The notes under the pieces: model-generated | The model's database searches: none | Seen by the model: the letters and a program-made list of their open reading frames with translations, nothing else | What the model was told of the DNA's origin: nothing | Program-made: the position numbers and the translations under genes | Shown: positions 15,392 through 22,394 of the stretch, piece by piece | Position numbering within the stretch: position 1 is the stretch's first letter | Layout: each line of letters opens with the position of its first letter | DNA from: a virus | Length of the DNA: 31,136 nucleotides | Virus record (IMG/VR): IMGVR_UViG_3300017746_000077 | Location: 1-31,136 of that record | Reading direction: 5' to 3' (one strand)

Positions 15392-15696
15392 CTTCTGTAA
15401 ACTTTATTTTCTAAATCTTTAATTGATTCTTTATTTTCTTCAATATCCTCTTTCATATTTTCAGTAAGTTTATCAATTTGTATAACGTTATTTCTAATTA
15501 ATTCATCTTTTAATTGAAACTCCATCCTTTGTACAAATTCATCTCCACTAAATCCATCAATCTTATTATTTAATGTAGTTATTTCTCCTTGTAAAGTAAA
15601 CCACATACTCGCAAGTGATATTGTTCCTGCTATTATAATACCAATAGTTTTTAAATCTAATTGTACGTTTGTATCTTCACTAATCTTTGTTGCCAT
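15388..15696 (-). CDS. Type-II membrane coiled-coil protein (i-spanin-like)
   Basis: 102 aa with an N-terminal TM segment (IGIIIAGTISLASMWFTL) followed by a charged helical region. ATGA coupling to the next gene. Confidence 0.5.
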   Translation of the reverse strand: MATKISEDTNVQLDLKTIGIIIAGTISLASMWFTLQGEITTLNNKIDGFSGDEFVQRMEFQLKDELIRNNVIQIDKLTENMKEDIEENKESIKDLENKVYRR

Positions 15697-16134
15697 TTAT
15701 TTTTTGTCTATTTGTTTTAGTTTACTTATTGCCCAATTAACTCCTGCAGAACCTCCCCAAGCATCCCACATTAAACCTCCACACCCTTCTGTATATGGAA
15801 CGTCTTTGTGTTGTTGATGTCTCTTAAACGAAGCCATACGAGATATTGTGTCTCTTGTTATGTTTTTACCATCTGCTAATTGTCTTGCACGAGTCCAGCC
15901 AACTTGTGTTCCACATTTAGAACCATTTTTTTCTTTAAATGCTATTGCTCTTTTTGCATTGTTTTTTGCACCTTGTGGGTAGTCATTATATGATTCTAAT
16001 TCTACAGAACCTTTAAAAGATTTATAACAAATAGCTACAGCTTGTTTTTCAGGATGGTACTTCATTAATTGAGGTACGCACCTAATCATATAGTCTTTTT
16101 GTTTTTCTCCTTGTTTCTTTTTAGGTATCGGCAT
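15697..16134 (-). CDS. Conserved phage protein of unknown function
   Basis: The track ORF starts at TTG 16161; the ATG at 16134 (MPIPKKKQGEKQKDYMIRC...AICYKSF) is preferred. C-terminal motif VGWTRARQLADGKNITRDTISRMASFKRH. Confidence 0.6.
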   Translation of the reverse strand: MPIPKKKQGEKQKDYMIRCVPQLMKYHPEKQAVAICYKSFKGSVELESYNDYPQGAKNNAKRAIAFKEKNGSKCGTQVGWTRARQLADGKNITRDTISRMASFKRHQQHKDVPYTEGCGGLMWDAWGGSAGVNWAISKLKQIDKK

Positions 16135-16282
16135 TATTATAAAATTTAAAATGTAATACAATAAATATTACATAAATGTTTAGTTCACTAAAATCACTAC
16201 TTTCATCTTCTGGTAAATAACTAAAACCTATTAAAATACCTAAAGCAAACCTTTCTATAATAGCAAACTCTATTTTTTTCAT
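16121..16282 (-). CDS. 53-aa hydrophobic miniprotein downstream of the endolysin
   Basis: Manual translation gives MKKIEFAIIERFALGILIGFSYLPEDESSDFSELNIYVIFIVLHFKFYNNADT. ATGA overlap with the endolysin stop. Confidence 0.4.
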   Translation of the reverse strand: MKKIEFAIIERFALGILIGFSYLPEDESSDFSELNIYVIFIVLHFKFYNNADT

Positions 16283-16749
16283 TTGCAGCCTTTACACCCT
16301 GTATATGTATAGTACCTGCCTTTGCGTTTTATTTCTAAAACTTGTTTTCTGTTTTTCTTTTTATTCCAACTAACGTGAATCCACTTTGGTTCGCCTTCTT
16401 CATTTGGATATTCGTTAATTAAAATATCATAATCTAAATTGTCTTTTATGTAATGAAACATTTCAAGATTTGTTTTACCCCCTAAAGAATCTAAATCTAT
16501 CGCTAAACCTTCTTTATGAGCAGATGAAATTGCACCACCAATTCTTGAGTTTAATTCTTCTGACCTATAAAAGCTGTTTATTCTAATAGGGTGTTCTACC
16601 CATTCTCTTAAAGGTTGGAATATTTTTTCAGCTATTAACTCCATATTCTCAATATGTTCTTTTTTAGGCTTATTAGATATGCCTAAACGCTTTGCTGTTT
16701 CGGAACGTACTGCTTCCTTATAGCTTATGTTTTCGCTTATTTTTTTCAT
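16279..16749 (-). CDS. Endolysin, peptidase M15 (VanY / L-Ala-D-Glu peptidase-like)
   Basis: SFYRSEELNSRIGGAISSAHKEGLAIDL and WIHVS correspond to the Zn-binding H..D...H arrangement of M15 cell-wall peptidases. Confidence 0.8.
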   Translation of the reverse strand: MKKISENISYKEAVRSETAKRLGISNKPKKEHIENMELIAEKIFQPLREWVEHPIRINSFYRSEELNSRIGGAISSAHKEGLAIDLDSLGGKTNLEMFHYIKDNLDYDILINEYPNEEGEPKWIHVSWNKKKNRKQVLEIKRKGRYYTYTGCKGCK

Positions 16750-16888
16750 ACATTAAATACCATTTATGAGTTGTGTACAGGATAGTAACTACAAGCAATA
16801 TGATTTTTAATACCATATCAATATTAGTAAAACTCAACGTGAACGCTGAAAAATTCATTGCATATAATTTCATATCCTGTATGCTCAT
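16718..16888 (-). CDS. 56-aa holin-like membrane miniprotein upstream of the endolysin
   Basis: Manual translation gives MSIQDMKLYAMNFSAFTLSFTNIDMVLKIILLVVTILYTTHKWYLMYEKNKRKHKL. One TM segment plus a basic C-terminus. Overlaps the endolysin start by 32 nt. Confidence 0.45.
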   Translation of the reverse strand: MSIQDMKLYAMNFSAFTLSFTNIDMVLKIILLVVTILYTTHKWYLMYEKNKRKHKL

Positions 16889-16893
16889 TATTA

Positions 16894-17130
16894 TTATTTA
16901 GTTTCTTCTTCTATAATCTCGTAAGAACCGTCTTTTAAATCTATGTTTATTTTACCGTAATTTTCTTCTAAACCTTTTTTAAGTTCTTCTTGTTTAGAAA
17001 TTTCTTCAACGTGCAAATGGTTTAAGCTATGTACTTGTGTACTTAATAAACCGATGTCGTGTCTAATAGCATTGATTCTACTTGTTGATTCTTGTAAATC
17101 TTTTAATTCTTCTTTTGTAATTTTTGACAT
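16894..17130 (-). CDS. Coiled-coil hypothetical protein
   Basis: 78-aa ORF with an ATG start, immediately after the tail-fibre gene. Confidence 0.5.
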   Translation of the reverse strand: MSKITKEELKDLQESTSRINAIRHDIGLLSTQVHSLNHLHVEEISKQEELKKGLEENYGKINIDLKDGSYEIIEEETK

Positions 17131-17162
17131 TTTATTAATTTTATGATTAAGATATAAATATA

Positions 17163-20100
17163 CTAATTTTTACATTTACATTCTTGTTTCAATTTGTCTA
17201 CTTCTGCTTTTAGTTCTTGTATTGACTTAACTAATAAAGGAACTATTTTAGAATAATCAACTGACTGCATTTCTTCTGCATCTTTTTCTCCTGAAACTGC
17301 ATCTGGTAAAACTTCTTGAAGTTCGTGAGCCATAACTCCATAACTTCTGCTTTCATCTGTTTTCCATTTAAAGTCATAAACAGGTATTTTAGAAACCATA
17401 TCTAAACCTGCAAAATCTTGTAAATCTTCTTTTAATCTATAATCAGAAGTTGTGTTATAAGTAGTTGTAGAGCCATTTGTAGTAATACTACCTATCCAAG
17501 AATTGGCATTTCCAAAAACTATATGATTTGAACCACCAGTTCCATCAGAACCACTATATAAAGCATAATTGTCTTGTGCTTCTATAAATAAACAGTCAGC
17601 ATCTGGGTCAGCAAAAGTTGTGTTAAATCCAATATCCCCTTGACTTGAAATACGCATTTTTTCTGTATTACCCGTATTTGACCCACCTGCAACAAAACCT
17701 AAATAAGAACCTCCTCCGTTTTGTGTTTCATTTCCAAACCTTATTTCTGATTCAACATAAGCATTAGAAATTGAATACTGCGAACCAATACTTGTATAAG
17801 AATTAGGACTTGTATTTTTACTGTATATATTAATTGCTTTTGTGTTTGAATTTGATGGAACTTCTATTCCTAATTTATTAACTGGCGAATCAGTTCCGAT
17901 TCCTACATCTCCCGAACTTGCAATACGCATTCTTTCTGTATTTCCTGTATATACTTTAACTGATGCCGTTGTTGCACCTAAAGTATTATATCCTGCTCGT
18001 ATATTTACATCTCCTGCAATACCTCCACCAGAAGAATATGAGTTACCTGCATTTAAATTTAAATCTCCTCCACCCATACTATTGCCACCACTTATAGCAG
18101 ATGAGGCTTGTACAATTAAGTTCCCTCTTTTTGTTGATGCAAAAGAATTAGAAGTAGCATTAGCAACACCTATTGTAACAGTAGTATTTGTGTTGACTGC
18201 AGGTGTTAAAACGTTTCCAGAACTGTCTATACGCATTCTTTCTGAACCATTAGTATAAAATGCTTGATGATAACCATTGCCAGATTCTCCTGCACTTAAT
18301 CTTAATTCCCCTGTGCTATAATCAATCTTTAAACCTCCTTTATTATTTGTATTGTTATAATTAAAATATATTTCACTTGATGTAGTAGATGGACCAATAC
18401 TTATAACTCCAGTACTTGTAATACGCATTCTTTCTGTGTCAACAGTAAAGAATTTCATATTACTACCTAATGAAACTGCTTTAATATCTAAGTCATCTGT
18501 GTCACTTGCGTTTAATTGTATTTTAGCTCTTGTTGTAGAACCATCTTGCAAGTATAAATTATCTTGTACATTGACATTTCCTCCAAAAGTTGCTGATTTA
18601 TCGTGATTTAAAGTTAAAGCAATTCCTGCACCTGTAGTAAATACTAAATTTGATGAGCTTAAAATATCTGTATTTGTTATATGACTCCAATTATTACTAC
18701 TACCATTTACATTATTTTTAATTGCTAATCCTGTTCCATCAATATTTAAAGAATGTGAAGTTGTATATAAACCTGTTCCTCCTATTCCTACATCTCCTGC
18801 AAAAGTTGCGTTTCCATTACTACCATCTATAACTAAAGATTCAGAATAAGTTAAAGTATTAGGGTTAGAATTATATGCTTGGGTTGTAGTTGACCTTGAT
18901 ATAGAAAAATTTGGAGTACCTGCTGTTCCAATACCTCCATAAGCTGACCTTAATCTTGTAGCACCTTGAGTTGAACCTAAATCATTAGTAAGAAATAAAT
19001 CCATCCCATAATTAAGACCACCACCATTTCCTTCAATCCAAGTAGATGCACTTTGAGTTGCTTTACTTTGAATACTTCCTGCAAAAGTTGAGTTTTGAGA
19101 TGTGTCTATTGTAAGGGCAGTAGTTCCATTTGTTTTTAATAAAAATGAAGCACCATAATCACTACCTAAAATTAGTTGGTCATTAGATAAATTTAGTCCA
19201 AAACTTGCAAGTACACTTGTATTAGTAGCGTTCTCAATATTAAACATATTTTGTAACCCTGCTATGTTAGATAATTTTGCATTTACACTTCCTGCAAAAG
19301 TTGAGTTTCCAGAACTGTCTATTGTTAAAGCCCTTGTATTTCCTGTTTTTAATGAAAATGAATGACTTGTTGATGTTCCTAAAGACATTGAAGTTGTAGC
19401 ATCATCATAACTCCAATTTCCTGCTACTGCACCACCTGACCTTTTTGCTTCAAATAATTTTACTGAACCACTACTTGCATAATTACCTTCTGAACTAATT
19501 ACTGTTGTTCCTGCTACTGTACTAACAAAACTTGAAGTAGTACCTGTTATACTTCCTGCAAAAGTTGCTCCACCTCCAGATGTAATTGAACCACCTAAAT
19601 ATAAATTCTTAAATCTTTCAGTAGAAGCTCCAATATCAAAAACATTATCATTTGTTGCTGCAGCAGTAGCGGGTAAAATAGAATTTGTTGCAAAACTTAT
19701 TCCTCCGTGACTTGCAGCACCTGCTAAAGTCATATTATTTCCACCTAATACAGAAATTGAACCTGAAGCTATTGATAAAGTTCCTGCAACTACTGTATTT
19801 CCACTTGTAGCATTTACTGTAAATTTATTAGTATTGATTGCTAAATCTCCTGTAAAGGCTGTATTTCCACTTGAAGCAGCTACTGTAAATTTATCTGTAT
19901 TTACTGCGAAGTTTCCTGTTGAACTTAAATTAGTATTTGTACTTAATGAGCCATCTACTGTTATTGCACTTCCTGATTCAGAAACTATTGAATCTGCTAT
20001 TACACTTGTTGATGACCATTTAGTTAAGTTACCTGTAGTTCCTGTACCATCTACTTGGCTATGGTCTAATTTAGTCCATTGATTGTTTGCTCCTGCAATT

Positions 20101-21800
20101 ACCCAATCTCCTATAGTCCAGTTAGAAACACCATTTAATGTTGTAGTACCTCCTACACTTACAACGTAATAATGTCCTTGTGTTATAAAAGGGCTATTAT
20201 CTATTGTATAGGCTTCGCCTGTTAGCATTATGTCAGCATCTAAAGAAAGTGTTGTATCGCTATCTACGTTTGATACTAATGCAGTTTGACCATCTACTTG
20301 ATTAACTACTTGGTCTCCTACAGTTACTGTACTTGTGAAAGAAGCAGAACTATCAACTAACTTGTTTGCAGTTGTTGATGTTGTTGTTCCGTTTGCAGCT
20401 TCTCCACCACCAGAACTTAATACTGGCGAATTAGTATCTGCATCCCAAGAACCCATAAATCTTAATCCTCCTGCTAATCCGTTTACTTGTGATTGTAGTT
20501 TTCCAAAACCTTCTACTATTGTATCTGTTGCTAAAACAGAACTTGCAGAAGGCGAAGTTAATCCTGTTAATACTTTGCCTGTTACTGAATTATTATCTAA
20601 TGTTACTGCACCACTTACATTGTTTGTTCCATCAACACTTGATATTGTTCCAGTTGCTTGACCTGTTAAAGATAAATCTCTTGCAGTTTCCCAAGCTGTA
20701 GCCGTATCTGCATTACCTGTTAGGTCTCCTGTCACATCTCCAGTAACATTTCCTGTTACATTTCCTATAACTGCTCCTGTATGAGTACCTGCTGAATTAC
20801 CTGTTAAATCGCCTGTAACATCTCCTGTTACGTTTCCTGTTAAATTACCTTGTACGTTTACATTAATTTGATTAGGCAGTCCTAAAGTAACGCTTTGACC
20901 ACTTACAACGCTATCTATTTCGTTTGTTGTTCCTAAAATACTTAATGATTGAGTGTTTAGGTTTACATCTCCTGTATTTGTTCCATCTGTTATATCTAAA
21001 TCAGAAGCAGCATCAAGTGTATCAACGTAAGAAGTTGTTGCTACCTTTGTACTATTATCTCCTGCACTTTGAGTTGTAGCTACAGAACCATTTGGTAATG
21101 TAATACCTGCACTTGGAAATTGTAAACTTAATCCTTGATTAGAAGCAGTTGATTCTATTTGATTAGCTGTTCCAGTTACTGCGAATATTTGTGTGTTTAA
21201 ATTAACATCGCCAGTTCCACTATCTCCACTAAAATCTAAATCACTTGCAGCATCTAAAGTATCTACATAAGATGTTGTAGCTATTTTTGTTGAATTATCT
21301 CCTGCAGTTTGTGTAATAGCAGTTGAATTGTCAGGTAAATTAACCCCTGTAGAATCTAAAGATAATGTTAATGATTGACCAGAAGCTACTGTTGTGATTT
21401 CGTTAGTAGTTCCACCTATTGCAAATATTTGTGAATCTAAATCTATTTGACCAGAACCTGTATCGCCTGTAAAATCTAAATCTTCTATAGTAATTTGAGC
21501 AGCTACATAATCTATAATTGCAGCAGTAGTAGGAATTGTAGTATCGTTGTCGTTATTTCCTATACCATCTGCAGCATCTACAAATTTACTTATGATTATA
21601 TTTTCTCCTGTATCTTTTAAAGAACCAAATTCTAATATAGCAGTAACCTTAAAATCTCCTGCATTATTCATATACAATCCAGAAGATAAACCTGAACCGT
21701 CTGTTAATTCTTTTAGACTTGCAGTTAAAGCAGCGTTATCAATAGTTTTTATTAAACCTGAATAAGTATCTGATATTCTTGTGTTAAATAGACTTGCCAT
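17163..21800 (-). CDS. Tail fibre / tail spike protein with a C-terminal S74 intramolecular chaperone domain
   Basis: 1545 aa. Contains three ~80-aa repeats ending GDNSTK(I/V)ATTSYVD, G-x-V-TGD repeats, recurring (T/S)E(R/K)MRI..(S/T)G modules, and C-terminal SDYRLKEDL...YGVMAHEL...VDY..IVPLLVKSIQEL. Confidence 0.9.
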   Translation of the reverse strand: MASLFNTRISDTYSGLIKTIDNAALTASLKELTDGSGLSSGLYMNNAGDFKVTAILEFGSLKDTGENIIISKFVDAADGIGNNDNDTTIPTTAAIIDYVAAQITIEDLDFTGDTGSGQIDLDSQIFAIGGTTNEITTVASGQSLTLSLDSTGVNLPDNSTAITQTAGDNSTKIATTSYVDTLDAASDLDFSGDSGTGDVNLNTQIFAVTGTANQIESTASNQGLSLQFPSAGITLPNGSVATTQSAGDNSTKVATTSYVDTLDAASDLDITDGTNTGDVNLNTQSLSILGTTNEIDSVVSGQSVTLGLPNQINVNVQGNLTGNVTGDVTGDLTGNSAGTHTGAVIGNVTGNVTGDVTGDLTGNADTATAWETARDLSLTGQATGTISSVDGTNNVSGAVTLDNNSVTGKVLTGLTSPSASSVLATDTIVEGFGKLQSQVNGLAGGLRFMGSWDADTNSPVLSSGGGEAANGTTTSTTANKLVDSSASFTSTVTVGDQVVNQVDGQTALVSNVDSDTTLSLDADIMLTGEAYTIDNSPFITQGHYYVVSVGGTTTLNGVSNWTIGDWVIAGANNQWTKLDHSQVDGTGTTGNLTKWSSTSVIADSIVSESGSAITVDGSLSTNTNLSSTGNFAVNTDKFTVAASSGNTAFTGDLAINTNKFTVNATSGNTVVAGTLSIASGSISVLGGNNMTLAGAASHGGISFATNSILPATAAATNDNVFDIGASTERFKNLYLGGSITSGGGATFAGSITGTTSSFVSTVAGTTVISSEGNYASSGSVKLFEAKRSGGAVAGNWSYDDATTSMSLGTSTSHSFSLKTGNTRALTIDSSGNSTFAGSVNAKLSNIAGLQNMFNIENATNTSVLASFGLNLSNDQLILGSDYGASFLLKTNGTTALTIDTSQNSTFAGSIQSKATQSASTWIEGNGGGLNYGMDLFLTNDLGSTQGATRLRSAYGGIGTAGTPNFSISRSTTTQAYNSNPNTLTYSESLVIDGSNGNATFAGDVGIGGTGLYTTSHSLNIDGTGLAIKNNVNGSSNNWSHITNTDILSSSNLVFTTGAGIALTLNHDKSATFGGNVNVQDNLYLQDGSTTRAKIQLNASDTDDLDIKAVSLGSNMKFFTVDTERMRITSTGVISIGPSTTSSEIYFNYNNTNNKGGLKIDYSTGELRLSAGESGNGYHQAFYTNGSERMRIDSSGNVLTPAVNTNTTVTIGVANATSNSFASTKRGNLIVQASSAISGGNSMGGGDLNLNAGNSYSSGGGIAGDVNIRAGYNTLGATTASVKVYTGNTERMRIASSGDVGIGTDSPVNKLGIEVPSNSNTKAINIYSKNTSPNSYTSIGSQYSISNAYVESEIRFGNETQNGGGSYLGFVAGGSNTGNTEKMRISSQGDIGFNTTFADPDADCLFIEAQDNYALYSGSDGTGGSNHIVFGNANSWIGSITTNGSTTTYNTTSDYRLKEDLQDFAGLDMVSKIPVYDFKWKTDESRSYGVMAHELQEVLPDAVSGEKDAEEMQSVDYSKIVPLLVKSIQELKAEVDKLKQECKCKN
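20703..20849 (-). repeat. Short-period coding repeat (GN/DVTG units)
   Basis: The peptide is GNLTGNVTGDVTGDLTGNSAGTHTGAVIGNVTGNVTGDVTGDLTGNADT. Confidence 0.85.
20877..21482 (-). repeat. Diverged tandem coding repeats (2.5 units of ~240 nt / 80 aa) inside the tail-fibre gene
   Basis: Residues 107-186, 187-266 and 267-308 align (DLDF.GD.G.G...L..QIFA..GT.N.I......Q.L.L......LP..S.A..Q.AGDNSTK.ATTSYVDTLDAAS). Roughly three-quarters nucleotide identity by eye. Confidence 0.85.
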
Positions 21801-21879
21801 ATTTTTTATTTTTATTTTCTTGTTTTTTTAAAAACGTCTTTAGTTTTTCTATATTCTTTTGTTTTGGTTTATATCTCAT
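21784..21879 (-). CDS. 31-aa highly basic mini-ORF (tentative)
   Basis: MRYKPKQKNIEKLKTFLKKQENKNKKYGKSI. ATGA overlap with the upstream stop and overlap with the fibre start. Could equally be a non-coding A-rich leader. Confidence 0.25.
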   Translation of the reverse strand: MRYKPKQKNIEKLKTFLKKQENKNKKYGKSI

Positions 21880-22388
21880 AATACCCAGCCATTAAATAAA
21901 GCGTCATAATCAGGGTAAATGTCATCGTTTGTATTACTTGTATATTCAGGATAATCTGACTGGTTAAATGACATAAAATCAATAAAGCGTCTTGAATAAT
22001 ATTCCATAAATTCTCTTGCTTTATCTACTAAATAATCTACTTCATTTTTACTGACCGTTTCGCTTGTTTCTGACCTATGCTTAAACACTCCACCATTCTT
22101 AATAGAATAAGCTGCAAAAGGAATATAATATACTTGTGCTGCCCAAATTAACATTGGTTGTAAATAGGTGTTTAATAATGTCTTGTATTTAGCATTAGCA
22201 ACGTCATCAATTTCGCCATTAGCTATTAATGTTGATATTTTATTATATAAATCTGTACCTGTATAGTTTTGTATATCTATTTCTTGAGCTACTTTAATAA
22301 ACTGTATAAATTTATCAGTATCTACATTTCCATCTAATATGGAATTTCTTACAAGGTCAGTTCTATTTATAAATAATGCTGTTGCCAT
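21876..22388 (-). CDS. Head-tail connector / adaptor candidate
   Basis: 170-aa ORF directly after the portal. Helical, gp6-like in size and position. No diagnostic motif. Confidence 0.4.
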   Translation of the reverse strand: MATALFINRTDLVRNSILDGNVDTDKFIQFIKVAQEIDIQNYTGTDLYNKISTLIANGEIDDVANAKYKTLLNTYLQPMLIWAAQVYYIPFAAYSIKNGGVFKHRSETSETVSKNEVDYLVDKAREFMEYYSRRFIDFMSFNQSDYPEYTSNTNDDIYPDYDALFNGWVL

Positions 22389-22394
22389 AGTTTT

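Noticed and set aside
15481-15490. A sixth, one-mismatch copy of the late motif (TGTATAACGT on plus at ~15478-15487), and GTTATATA 8-mers at ~5740 and ~9694
   Set aside because: The first lies inside the 102-aa coding sequence with no gene start downstream. The 8-mers are expected a few times by chance at this base composition. Only the five exact intergenic 10-mers were retained.
20703-21482. Tandem repeats that might indicate a CRISPR array, a mobile element, or a diversity-generating retroelement target
   Set aside because: The repeats are in frame within the tail-fibre ORF and encode recognisable fibre repeats. There are no spacers of unique sequence, no reverse transcriptase gene and no template/variable repeat pair with adenine-specific differences.
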